Positions 14,461 through 27,591 are shown, counted from the stretch's first letter. The stretch is DNA of 64,000 bases from Iphione sp. A-MEVVRFRX5 (GCA_976226885.1 OZ320316.1:97464001-97528000), one strand, 5' to 3'. Program-made: numbers and translations. The notes: generated by a model not told the origin, from the letters alone.

Positions 14461-15347
14461 AATCCCTGTAAACAATGTCACAATATACAGGTTTACATCT
14501 GTTCACTAAGTAGAGGTGTTCCAGAATATCACTTCCTTGTGGGAAACTTTATTATCAGAGGTACATCATTGGTGTGAATTTTCAAAGGTTTTCAGCTTGA
14601 TATCTATTCAGATATCCTGTTTCTGGCAGCATATCATTCGTATGTGTCTACCATTCTACTTAAGTTAACTGGTTTTAAAACAGTTCTCCAGAAAGTGGCC
14701 TTAGGCCATAAAGTCTGTAGGGAAAGGCAACTTCGTTATAAAGAGTCTTTGTTCTCGAAGGCTTTGTTAATGGGGGTATACCTGTAATACAGAACCATTT
14801 AGAGAGTAGTTTTTACAAATCATGTCATATTCTAATAGATGAAAACCTAACTTTAGATGAGTCTTTACCAACCAAGCTAGTGTCATGACAATCATAATTC
14901 CCTACTTTCACGAGACACTACGTTACCTATGTGTTAAGTGGTCATCTAAAATGCTACACTATTAGCTAAAGAAACCGTACCTCCGAAATACCACCCCAAG
15001 GAACTCTTAACATACCATATCGAATAGCACGGTAAGAAAACTGCCACGATGGGCAAAGGGGAGAAAAGGCAATCTATACTGTGCGACTTAATACGAAAAA
15101 CTAGGCTTTTGCCGGTGGCGATTTATAATGAAAGACGCAGAGTTTGGTAAAAATGGGCAATTTTCTGCATGGTTTTATCTGAAAAAAAAATTACCAAAGG
15201 CGGGAAGAGGTGTTACATGGTCACACGTTTGACTGGCACCCGAACCGACACCAATCAGTTAAAGAGAGGATACTTTTATTTTTCATTTCCTGAGTTGGTA
15301 AATGACGCCTTTAACAGAGAGACTTAAGTCCTTCCTAATCACGCATA

Positions 15348-15520
15348 CAGAGGAAAGTCTCTAATCAGGGCACCCTTAGTTCCTCCCAAAACTGCCCCTA
15401 TTTGAGATGTGTCCATATTAGAGACTCCTTTTAATATGTAACATACAGGGATTCCCTAGAGTGTCCCTATTAGAGACACGTCCCTAATTGGAGACGTGTC
15501 TTTTAGGTGGCTTTCCACTG
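15348..15520. mobile_element. Short Tc1/pogo-type MITE
   Basis: TA|CAGAGGAAAG ... CTTTCCACTG|TA imperfect TIR with internal GTCCCT/GAGAC repeats. Confidence 0.45.
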
Positions 15521-18500
15521 TACATGTATGTACACGTATATATAAGCACACGTACATGTCTGTGACGAGTGTCCATGGCAAGAGCGCCTCCGGGCAGACT
15601 CGCACTGAAAAAGGACAAAGCCACCAAAGTCTTGCTTCACCCCATCTTCATGTCAACCTACAGCTGGGCTCAAATAAATTATAATTTAATTAGCTTGCCC
15701 TCATGTAAATACCTCGCCAGGTCCGAGAGGCAACAGCCATTAACGTGCTGGCCTAGTAGTTTCAAGCGTGCCACCGATGTGGAAGATTTTGGCTTCATGT
15801 CCAAAAGATTTTCGCTTTTAAAGGTTGCAATGCAGAACTTGATGAATTTCCTCATAAATGGTACATATATATGTAGGGCGGCACTTCTTGTAGATGCACG
15901 TTTAATGAATATATAGTTACATATCTTGTACTTTCTCACATATCCTAACATTGCATCCACAGGGGGAGCTGTATTTCTGTTCTATGGATGTAGATCATTT
16001 AAACACATGTACAGTGAACCCTCCGTCAGCGGTCGCTGCACTAAAACTGCGGTCACTGCACTAAAACTGTTTACTTATTTTCAGATCTGTTTCCTTGATT
16101 ATGAGTGCACTTACTAAACTATTATGGACTCCTGGCTGCTGAGTCTACATATATTACTGCTGCTTTCAAACACATGCCGACTTAACCATAATGAAGGGTA
16201 AGTTCAGTAACACCTTGGAGCCAGTTATATACATACACGTATATATATATATATACTTTGAAGCATTAACCATCACATTTAAAGAGCCTAAAGATTTGCT
16301 GAATGCATTGACATACACCTGAACAATAGATAGGAAGTAAAAATATCCTCTCTCGATTGTGCTCTTATTCATTGGTGGCATATCGGGAAACACAGGGACT
16401 GAATATTCCAATACATAAACGGCTGATTGTCACAACACAGTTTCATGGAACCTTATCCATCTTGACAATTATATACAAAGTAGCAAGTATCTATAGTGAC
16501 AACTCGAATTCCCCTTCTTCAAGTGGAACGAAATTATTGTCTTTACAAGATCTGAAAGAGGGTCAGACTGCAGCTTTCCTAAGCTCTCTTCACTGCATCG
16601 GCAAGGAAACATCAATCTATATGTAGACCTGACAGAGGTAGTCATACAATAAGGCATGGATAAAGACCTAAGGTCCTTCATTATCTTCTTTAGGATGTAT
16701 TTGGGTCAGGGTGCTTGATTACGATGTAACTAGGTCATCAGATCTTACTTGAGATGTATCTGGGTTGTAAATCTTATTTTAAGTGTTCAGTCAGAAGTCT
16801 ATATTTGACCGCATTGATTTACCACCATATCCTATTTACAACCATTTAAGCTGGGAACCCAACTGTTCATTTCTATACATTTGATACCCTATTTGCGACC
16901 TAATTCGCCAATACGACCATTTGAGCTCGGAACAAAGTGGTGGTCGCAAAAAGGGTTTCCACTGTACATGTATATGAGTAAATTCTTCCTAAAAGTGTGC
17001 ATTATGTTTCATCTACTACCTTCAGCAACTGTCACTAGGGTTTAGCAAATCTTGCAGATAATGATCATCGTGAAGTGTATTTGTCTAACTCCTGAGCTGT
17101 TGGGTGAGTGATCACTTATCTCAGTAGAGAGGGATAGGCATTTGATCAATAATATAAGTGTACCACATCGATATCATTTATACATAATTAATGCACATTT
17201 ATATATCATGCAGGCTGACACCTTGCTTGACCAGAAGCCCTTGCCTGCAATGCTGCAGGACACGAAAGGGACATAAAGGAACAATTCGGACGTCATAGTA
17301 CGTCAATAAACTATCTCATTTTGGCGTCTTCTTTATTTCTCACGGAGCCAAAGTGGCTGTTTGTACTGACATGAGATTCACTGAGGCCCTACACATGCAC
17401 AGATGTAGCACATCTGTGTAATGAGCTAATTGCAAGAGTGACAGTCACACCGTTACTACATACACATGTTTACCGTTTCTTTTGACAATGTCACAATTTA
17501 CGGCAATCTGATTGGTCCATGTTCTATTATGACATCACACTTAGTAAAAGTTACGTTTGCAGTGCCCGTTTCTTCAACGTTCAGTGATCAGCTCATTGTG
17601 CTCAAAGTTGCACAACCGGGAGTGTAGTGGGCTACAGTATGATCTGATCCCTGTCCCTCTCATCATATCACAGGACAATAACTCATCACAAGAGAGAAGA
17701 CAGGAAAAATTCACAGGTAACGTGCATATGAGCCTGACCTAACCTGCTGTACACGGCTGACTTCCATTGGCACCAGACACGGGTGACAGCGAATAAACAC
17801 ACAGTGACAGAAAGGTGAAAGGTACAATCCATTACTTTATATAAAGAGGCAACATTAATCCACTGACTTCTCTTCTATACGGAATGTGGGGATGCAAAGT
17901 AAGTCTTTTGAGTATTTTTAAACCCTCTTCTCAGTCTGAATAAGCGGGCACATTCAGGAGCAATGCTCAGGCTATTCAATCATTGAAACAGGCATCCTAA
18001 TTCATTACCTGCTTGCTTATTTCAAAAACTGGCTGAATGCTGTTACTGAAACGGTCCTGTGACCGTGTCAGCTGCATGCGATGATGGATGCTTTTGTGTG
18101 AAGATCCCTGTTCGAAATGCAGTATTACGTACAAATACAACTCTCTGCATTTCATCTCAGGAGTCACATGAAACTGCCAATATATTTATGATACGAATCC
18201 ATGTATCCCACGCAGTTTTTCACGAGCAGTATGGAGACAAAAACAGGTCGGTATCTACAAGCTGTTCTCCTAAAGAATTTAGATCATGCATATGGTACAT
18301 GCATATTTTTTTTTACATGCACATTCGGAGCAGGAGAAAAGATGCCTTTTGCAAGCAGACGTAATTCTTTTTGATGTAGGCATTAATGAAAAGTTGTATA
18401 CAATGACCACTCGGCCTCACTATTGGTATCAACTGATTATGCCTGTAATGGTTAAATACTGGAATAGGGAAGTTTTTTTTTTCTTGTGGAAATGTTCGTC

Positions 18501-18645
18501 CTGTTCCAAGAGATCTTGAGCGGAACAGAGAGGTGACTGAGGGGAATAAATTCATTGGCTTTATTCCAGATATTTTGCCGATGTCTCTATAAGACACGTA
18601 CGTTATTAGTGTACATGTACATGTATAAGGATTTCACTACCTGAC

Positions 18646-18748
18646 TCAACTTGCCAACGAATGCAAGTTGTCAGTTTTGGTTCTGGTTGGGTACCTGGAT
18701 TGAGAACTGCTGCTAGTTGACTGTACTAAGCTCTCTTCCTTTTGTCCC
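18646..18748 (-). CDS. Candidate third exon of the acidic gene
   Basis: Acceptor ttgttggttttag|G. Only the phase-2 frame is open (GQKEESLVQSTSSSSQSRYPT...HSLAS*). An internal CAG|GTACCC or the AG|GTAGTG just after the stop may be the real donor, so the 3' structure is unresolved. Confidence 0.3.
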
Positions 18749-18854
18749 CTAAAACCAACAATGGCCTAGGCGACTTAACGACAGTGTGCATTCATTGACG
18801 CTGTGGTACAAACAGTCGATCAGGGGAGTCCATCAAGTGAAGGTATATACTTAC

Positions 18855-19427
18855 ACCTGGGTCCCCTCTGAGCTGGAGCTGGAGTCGGAGTCGTGGCCAG
18901 CCGCGCGGGCCCGCAGGATGGCGTCGTCATCGTCATCGTCGTCGCTGTCTGACGAAGAGTCGTGGGCGCCGGGCTGGACGCGGGCGGTGGGTAGTTGTAT
19001 TCCCGGGGTACCTCCATGGTCTTCCCGCCCTGAACGTAGTCCTCCTCCGCCACCGACGCCCGGCCTTCCCGCCCGCCGCACCCGGGCGTCCTCCTCATCC
19101 AAGCCGTCGTCTTCGTCCTCCTCCCCTCCCTCCATCACCTCCAACTCCTCCTCGTCCTCTCCTTCTTCCTCCTCATCTTCTTCCTCCCCGCTATAGTCTC
19201 TGTCCCCTACGTCTCCGCCACTATCTCCGTCCCTGGGATCCCGTGGGGGGACGCCGGGGCGGCCTCGAGACGTCGTGGTGGTCGTCGATCCCCGTCTCCC
19301 TCGCGCCAGGGCCGCCGCCTCCTCGCCTCCCTCCTCTCCACCGCCGTCGTCGGTCGTCGTTGAGTCGCCGCCGATGTCCACATGCACCACCGAATTGATG
19401 CTGCTCTGGTCGTCTGATGACGCCGAG
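18855..19427 (-). CDS. Unidentified gene, acidic low-complexity exon (191 codons, phase 2-2)
   Basis: Acceptor ttttacag|C at 19427. Open GC-rich frame SASSDDQSS...EEEDEEEEGEDEEE...DSDDDDDDDAILRARAAG. Donor CAGGT|GTAAGT at 18854. No recognisable domain. Confidence 0.7.
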
Positions 19428-19521
19428 CTGTAAAATTCCTGGCTCATGATGGTGAAAGTGTCCGCATTTTGCCGTATTACGAGCATTTAAAATCGGTGGC
19501 GGGTGATGGGCGCGCACTTAC

Positions 19522-19553
19522 ACAGACAAAAGATGCCGCGCCGCGCTCGCCAT
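19522..19553 (-). CDS. Unidentified gene, first coding exon (MASAARHLLS-)
   Basis: aacATGGCG strong Kozak context. Perfect donor GT|GTAAGT at 19521. Phase 2 matches the next acceptor across a 94-nt intron. Confidence 0.55.
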
Positions 19554-19690
19554 GTTGACTGTTTGTATCACGTGACCAAGAGCTTCAGCCCATCGGCCGC
19601 TGCATGCCGCCACTGAGAGACTTGGGTCATGGCGCCATCTTGCGAGAAGATACAGAGTGACGCTCAAGTTTCGCTCCCTAGGTGGCAGTG
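19545..19690. promoter_or_regulatory. Housekeeping-type CpG promoter of the acidic gene
   Basis: YY1-type CGCCATGTTG (19548) and CGCCATCTTG (19633), E-box TCACGTGAC (19568), CTCF-like TCCCTAGGTGGCAG (19675). Confidence 0.55.
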
Positions 19691-20599
19691 TGGATCAAAC
19701 TGGTCATTTTTTGTGATACTGCAGTAATGAGCTATGTGTTAATACTTTCTGATTGGGTAACCCATGCAAAGTATGTATTAAATTGTGTCTCTGATACAGA
19801 TATTCCTTTTGCACACACTACAGTCCCATAAAAATGTGAGAACAGTCCCTGACCACGCATCTCATACTTGAACACCATTTTAATGGCTCACATGTTGTAG
19901 ACACTATATATTATGCAAGAGTACGATGTATATACTGAGGTCCGGAGAATTTGGGTTATCTGTTCAAATGAGCTATTACCTCCCAGTTCGCCATTAGACC
20001 TCTCATTTTCTTGCATGGTTTTTATTTCATCGCGGAATCACACCCACTCACTCTGCCTGTCGATCTCTCTTGATCTTGATCTTGATCTTATTGATGTATT
20101 TCAGCTGTTACAGATCTCGGACAACTCCTATATACTCCAGCTTTGGTCTTACTGAGCCTAAGGTCTTATATGCAGCCGCCTTCAATGCATCCCCCCAAAA
20201 AATTTCAGAGACTGATTTGAACCCTTTGCCACGTTTTCACATTGCCTTCAATGCATCCCATGACATGTCTCTTTGTAGCTCTAAGACCTAAAAAAAAAAG
20301 TTCTATGTTTCCGGTAACAAGCACAAAAATGAGAGGGTCGGTTGGTAGGTAGGCCTACTATTTTTTTTCTTTTTCTTTTTTTTCAATGTTAATTCAGGTT
20401 GGAGGGAGGAAATGTGTATAGTTATATAACTTCTACAACTTAGATTTTAATGAAACCTACATCAAATGAAAGCTAATAACCTAGGGAGTAATTTGGCTTA
20501 TAGAGCATGTCTCTATCATTATTCATTCTGAAGTTATTCAGAAAATAAGAAAAAAATAAAAAGTTTCAATTGGCTCTGATGTAGGGTCGGTCGGGTTAC

Positions 20600-21404
20600 T
20601 GGAAACACAGGTATTTTTTGTTTAGGCCTGAGGGTCTTATTGGCTTGGTTGAATGATGGTTTGCCAGATGTGTAATGACCAAAGTAGGGGTGGTGGTCTA
20701 TTGGTGTGAGGTTGGTTCTGTGCATTTGGTAGGTGAACCCAATGGAATGCTCTGTTGCAAGCCATATAGGCCTACATGGTGTACACTTGGCGGAGTTGAA
20801 GCTGATTCGCTAGTGATTAGTCCATGGCACCACCGTCTCTCTTGGCAACTACTGTTGATCATCTTTGCTTTGGAATTGTTGGAAGAGTATGCAGTCATTT
20901 GTAAACAGCTTGATGGATTTCCCGAGGTCAAGTTTCTCACCTATATAATAGATATAGAGTAGAAACATCAGTTCACCAAAGAGAGTGCCCTGTGTCACTT
21001 CAGATGACACAATCACTGGGCCTGATTTGTCTCCATCAACTACTACAGTTTGGAATCAGTGGGTTAACCATATGCTGATCCATTTGAGTATGCCTCCACA
21101 GATTCCATAGTGGTCGAGCTTCAGCATCAGCCTTTGATAAGCCACAGTATCCAAGACCTTACTAAAGTCAAGGATATAATAGATATAGAGTAGAAACATC
21201 AGTTCACCAAAGACAGTGCCCTGTGACACTTCAGATGACACAATCACTGGGCCTGATTTGTCTCCATCAACTACTACAGTTTGGAATCAGTGGGTTAACC
21301 ATATGCTGATCCATTTCAGCATGCCTCCACAGATTCCATAGTGGTCGAGCTTCAGCATCAGCCTTTGATAAGCCACAGTATCCAACACCTTACTAAAGTC
21401 AAGG
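20600..21404 (-). mobile_element. Decayed LINE RT fragment containing a 231-bp tandem duplication
   Basis: Minus frames give LDFSKVLDTVAYQRLMLKLDHYGI, SQGTVFGELMFLLYI and IKLFTNDCILF with stops and frameshifts. About 20943-21173 is repeated at 21174-21404. Confidence 0.85.
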
Positions 21405-21431
21405 ATCTGGTTATCCAGTTGGGTCGTAGCA

Positions 21432-21545
21432 GTTAAATGTGTTTTTTCAGTTTTGTCTTCAGGATTAAAACCCAGTGTCGAGGGCCGATAGGCCTGAGGC
21501 AGAGGGCTTTAATCCTGAAGACAAAACCGAAAAAACGCATTTAAC
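21432..21545. repeat. Long inverted repeat / hairpin element
   Basis: 42-bp arms (21432-21473, 21504-21545) with 3 mismatches. The 30-nt loop contains GAGGGCCGATAGGCCTGAGG. Confidence 0.9.
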
Positions 21546-24500
21546 CACCGTTCTAACAACGAGGATGATAATTTTAATTTACTTTTAGTGTACTTTAGAA
21601 AATACGAAAATACCAATTGACATTGGTGGGTATCAGTTCAGAGTTTTATTTGGATTTGGGGTAATCTAAACAGCAATCTAACATAATGTGGGCAATTTAA
21701 GCTTAAAATAAATGAAAAATATACACCTAACTGTTATATCTATAAATCTGCTATCATGGAAGGTTTTTGAGTCTTGAGACCCATGCCCCGCTTGAGTCCA
21801 CTGCTCCCTATAGAGAACAGCACAACGCGAGTGTTAGAACTTGCCTCTAATGCCGAGATGTCATCTGAGGGCCTCAATGGTATTGAGCAGCTGAGTAACA
21901 CAGAAGTGGAATTTCAGGAAACCACATGTTGGTACTTCTTATATTGGTTAATCTTATGTATGACTCTGCTTACTGTTTGTATTCTATGCTTTGTTGTTAC
22001 TCCTTTGATGTTAAGGTTCTTCAAAAATATACAAAAACATATTGATTTACTTTTACCCTCATCTTCAGAAATAAACATGGCTGTGCCTTTAAAGAAAAAT
22101 GTTGAATATTCCGCCAAAGACTGCCATGGTTTAAAGATCCTTCTTACATTCCAATGTTTCCTTTATCGATGTTTTATATTATAAGGGCGAACATTTCTTA
22201 ACTAATGTTAATATTGACTGACATTTAAACAACCTAACACTTTGTTAGGGTCATTAAATTGTTTAAAAAAAATCCTTTCAAATAATAAGATACTTTTCCT
22301 TGAAAGGACTACATGTACAGCCAGCCGGATCTAGACTGTACTCAACTTTCCCCTCACCTTTAGTTTAGGTCTGATGTTGTGAACTACCAATTGCCCAGTC
22401 ACCTCAAAGCATTCTAGGCCTAATAAAGTTTTTCAATGCATGACTTTTGTAGACTTTAGAGACTATTCTATTGTGGTGATACTGTGGACAAAAAGAGAGG
22501 AAATACTATGTGCTAACATACTTGTGAGTCGAATGTTGTTGCATTATTGTTACCCAGCTATGAAATAAGAGATGGTGGCCAGGTGAATTTGACCAAGCCG
22601 GTTAACGTGTCAAAATCACAATAAAGCAGATACTTTTTTGCTTTAGTATTTTATGGTAGGAGAACTACTTCAAATCATGTACATAAGTATGCACATGTAC
22701 AGAGGATGCTTCAAAACTGCACACTTGAAATCCGAATTTTCCGAAATCCAAACATTTTGCCCTGCAACCAATCATTTTTCTCTATGTAGCTACTCATATA
22801 ACGGAAATAGTCATTTTCCGAATCTGAATGCTCTTATTTTGTAAAAGAACATTGAAATGATACTCAAAAACTGAATGTGTTGGCTACCATTCACCGCTTT
22901 CCCCAAGTTTGTTATAAGTCAAAGGGTTAAGCTACTCATTGAAGAGTTCATGCCTCCTCCCGGTGTCAGCCACTGTTCGCCGTTCTCCACCAAGTTCCTT
23001 ATGAATCAAAGGGTTAAGCTACTGATTGAATGTTCATCATGCATCTAATGGATAGCCACTCCGAATTTTGCCTGAATTTGGCTGTTTTCTCGATTTTTGG
23101 CTGAATATGGCTTATTTTTGTCGAATTTGGGCTAAATTTCCCTGAGTTTCACCAATTTCAGGACAAATCTGACTGATTTTTGCCAAATTTTGGCTGAGTT
23201 TCACTGATTTTTAGACAAATTTGGCTGTTGCCAATTTTTAGATTTGGCTGAATTTTGCCTTCGGCCGTCATTTGAAATTATGTTACTTTGAAAATATCTC
23301 ACAGGAATGAGAAATCCTCCTCATGGCAGTACTACTTTCAGGCAACGTTTTATATAGGTAGTGTAACAATTAGTCTTTCAAAACTGCTTTGCTGCACACA
23401 CACTTTGATCTTTTCATCTCTTGACTAGCTTTCCCTGTGATCAATTTATACTTTAAGTGGTACTTGTCTTTAGCAGTTCATCCCTCATTTGTTCGCCCCT
23501 TGACGTTTTCAACCCTTGAATTCAAATATCAGAGGAAAGGGAAACCCAAACTGAGAACATCTGATCAAAAAAGTCAATTGCCAAGCATGGGAGGTCTCCC
23601 AGCTGCTGCATTGTTCTGAAGATAATTCAGATGTCTATTCTCTCCCCCTCCCTCCTCCTTCCTTTTTTCCATTCTTGATTTTCTTTCTGTCCTCTTCTTG
23701 TACTTATTTTCCCAAAGACTTCTCCGTTCACCTTATTCTCCTCCATCTTCTCATTTGTTTCATTTACTTCCTCCTTTTCTTCTTCCTCTTCCTCTTTCGC
23801 ACGTATTGTTCAAGTGAGGTAGGTTCAGTATATCATTTACATGGTTTAGAATCGGATGTACTGTTTTGAGTTTGGTCAGCAACCAGGCATTCATTGACGA
23901 ATAGGATATCTCATGTATGTAAAATAATAGTCTTAGAATTAGAGGTTCACCAGTTCACATTATCCACATTAGGGCCCCTTTATCCAACCTTGCTGTTAAT
24001 TTTGGTGTCCTCCATACTTATGCCAGTTGTAATAATGAAACTGATTATTCTATTATCAAGTTGCTCTTTCAGTCTCATGTATTATTATTGCCTTCCATTA
24101 TATGATCATCCTGTTTAACCTCTAACCCACACAACATTTCTCCACTAGCATCTCTACGTACCAATCATTTACAGGTTGAAGGAGTGTGTCACATCCTCAG
24201 GTGCTTTGCTCTGGGGCAGCTCAAAGGGCAGGCTTCTGTCTCTGTATGTAGCTGAGGTTTCTGATGACCGGGCAGGTGTGGCAGGAATGTTGAGTGACAG
24301 AACAGTCCTCCTAAGGGCCACCCAACCTCATTGAGTCTGGGGAGGTAGATAACCCATCGGTACCAACAGCACTAAGGGGTATGGGTGAGGAGTCCCTAAT
24401 GATGATTGACAGGAGCCAGTGAGTGACGTAAGTGACATGTTCATCCAGCTAAGGCCAGTACCTAAGACACCCCCGAACCTGGGTTACAGTTGGTAGATCT

Positions 24501-27265
24501 CCACTGGTGTATAGGTGCACAATTGTTGCGGGGGTTTGAAATCAGGGTAGGGTGCACCACCCCTCAATCTAGAGTAGGTCCCTGAGGCTTATGGGCTGGT
24601 CAGAACTTTCGGGCCAGTTTACACCATAGCAATATGCTTACCCACATAGGCCTGGATTTTACACACTCATCTGTTCAGCCTGACCACCCACTTATGCAAA
24701 TTTATTCATATATCATTGCATAGCTATCTACTTGTTTGCTCACTTGATTTCTAGCAGTTCAGATACGTGGCATTTTACTAAAGTGCTTGACAGAATATTG
24801 GAGTAATGTTAAAAATCGATTTTGTATTGCTGGTGCTGTACAAAGTGTAATTATTAGCTCCTTATTTTAGTTCAACCTAAGGCACATGTACCCAGAGACA
24901 TTTATTTATAGAGTTTACACTTAAGAGCATGAATTCTAGGCATACATTAAGTGTTATGATCCACGTGCACACATGTCCATCATGTCAAGCAACAAATGTA
25001 ATCGTTGTTTCTTTTACTGTGTGTGCATGGTATTTATATGTGTAGTTGTATACATAAATGGGTGTATAGTTAATAGGTGAATCACTGTTTCCAATGTAGT
25101 ATAATTCCGGTTTAGAAAGGGACGTAATGATATGCATGTACGTCTATTGCTGAAACTGTTATATACCAATAATGACATATGACTATAAATAAAGTGTGGG
25201 CGCATGATTCTCGCCATTAAAGCTTGCCATTCTACTCATGTAATCAAGGAAAGGCAAATGGTTATGACCGGATTTTAAAAAAAAACTTTGCTCATGTGAC
25301 CCATGACTACAAAATATAGGAAATGTCGGTACTACTTGAAAGTTTTTATTTAAGATCTTAACTCACTCTCGAATTAAGTACATGTAATTAGGCATTATCC
25401 AACTGTCACACTGTCTCACCGCTGCAGAATATATGCTACATGTGTTTATATGTGTAAATGTGCATGCGTGTTAGGTGTGTCTATGTTCGTTCGCATGTGT
25501 TAGTATTGTAGGGTTGAATTGCATGTTTTATGGAAGGGGGGGGGGGGGAGGGAAGGGGCCGGGTGTTACTTTGTTTTACTCAGCCACTAGGTGGCATTGT
25601 AAGGGCAGAAGTAGTTTAGGCATAAGACTTCAGGTGGCGCCACTCTGCGAAGCTCTGATGAATGGCAAAGTTTGATATTGTCATGGAGGGCATACCGCTA
25701 GTATATTAATATAAAAGGGAAATGTATTCGAACACAATGCAATGGTATATCCTCATGATAGTTACATTTTTCAGGGGTAAATAGTCGCATTTACCACTTA
25801 CCTTCTGCTTCCGCTCGGCCACTTTTTGGGGTTGATGGTGTATTTGTTGTTTCCATTTCTTATTTGTAACACTCGATTTTAGGAAATGTATGCAGAGAAA
25901 AATTTCATGTGGCACACAGGATAATTTGGTTCATTTTATTTTTCTTGTAAAGTTGCTCTATACATAAGAACGTAACTACCGTTTACATGTACATGGATTG
26001 TCTGAAGGACGTTGTTTTCAGTTAGCAAACACGTAATACACTTGCAAAATTATCGGGAACACTAATTATCCATACAGAATCTTAAAGATATTAACACGAA
26101 TTCTATTGTGTACCAGCAAGTATGAAGCAAGCGGGTCAGGAAAGGGCTCATAGGGTAGTGTTTCGATTTTGTTTTAGAGGTATTTTCGTTCAGCCGACAC
26201 AGAATTGCGGGCAGTAAAGTACGCACATATACCTGTAAGGAGTACGAAAGTATTATTTTAAATTCCAAAGGGCGTGAAAGGAAACCTGACAATGTTCTTG
26301 TTTCCGAGTAGATGATAAACCATCCATCAACTTTTGCATGTAATAGGTCTGTTGTCGAATTGAAGGCATACTGTCCTCTCTACGACCCTCGTTCTCTGTC
26401 AATTCCTCTCCAGCATCCTTTCCTTTTTCGTTCTCTCTACTGCTTTACTTAACATTCTTTCACTGCCCCTCTTTCATCCTGTCTGTTTTGATCTCCTTGT
26501 CTTTGTGTCTCTGTCTGTGTGTGTTTCTTCGTATTTTTTTCTTCAGTCCCTTCCCTATCTCCTCATTCTCTTCTCTGATTATTTCCTTTTGTCTTTCTCT
26601 CTTTCATCCTCTCTCATCAATTCTCCCGTTCTCTTTCTGTCTCTATGTGTTTATAGTCTTTCGTCTTTTTAAACCTCGTCTCACCTCTTTGATGAAATTT
26701 ATTTCGTGTTTATTTCATTTCGGGTGTTTCAATGAAGGGTCATAATGTTCTTCCTTACCTTTCGTACATATGACGAAAGTCAAATCCATCTCGCCCTTAT
26801 TCGTTTCATTCAAAAGTAATGATATTTATCTTTAAATTTTACATAACAAATATTCAATGATTCTCTGTTGCTCTTATCCTCACGTCACGTGTACCTCTGG
26901 CCCAACACATATACACTTGTTACATTTCCTTTCGTTCTGTTACATATTTTACCACTGTTACTACTCCATCTTTCACAGGCTGGTTTCATGTTTTCATGTT
27001 TCAAGTTTTGTGTATCTCTGACATCTTTGATTGGCTTTACAGCTATGTTATAGTGCTTCAAGCTCTGATGTAAATCACTTGCATCTCAGTTTTACATCTC
27101 ACATCTCTGTTGCCTCGTCTGTAGCTGTGCTACATCTCACATATCATTTACATTTTAGTCATAACCCTTACATCTCTGTTACTTCCTTATTAGATTGTTT
27201 ACAGCTCATACATATGTATCTCATACAACTGTCTCTTAAATCCCATGCATCAGATTAATGAATTA

Positions 27266-27591
27266 GGCTAAGTTTCCATGTACACATGTAAGCATGTCTA
27301 TGCATATGAGAACATATCAGGGCATGTTTCTCTTAATCAAAAAATCACTGTATACATGCTGTGGAGCATGCATGTATTCACTAATGTTCCCCAAATACAC
27401 CCAACATGGGCCGTGTTGCATGGAAAATGAGACAGTTCCCATTTTTGAAACATGGCCATGCATGGGTACGCACGGCTATGCATGGAGACATGTGCATGGG
27501 TACACTCCTTCTGTAAGTCATGGTTCCCCTAAAATATGCACTGAAACATGCATGGACAGCCATGGAGACACACATGCATGGAAACCCTGCC
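27266..27591. mobile_element. PIF/Harbinger (Tourist-like) MITE
   Basis: TTA|GGCTAAGTTTCCATG ... CATGGAAACCCTGCC|TTA, TWA TSD, CATGG-rich interior. Confidence 0.65.

Noticed and set aside
15500-18600. Chains of possible downstream minus-strand exons
   Set aside because: Splice-like sites exist, but no phase-consistent chain gave a recognisable protein.
18855-19427. Naming the acidic gene DCAF8- or FIP1-like
   Set aside because: Only compositional resemblance. I found no WD40 or Fip1 motif exons downstream.
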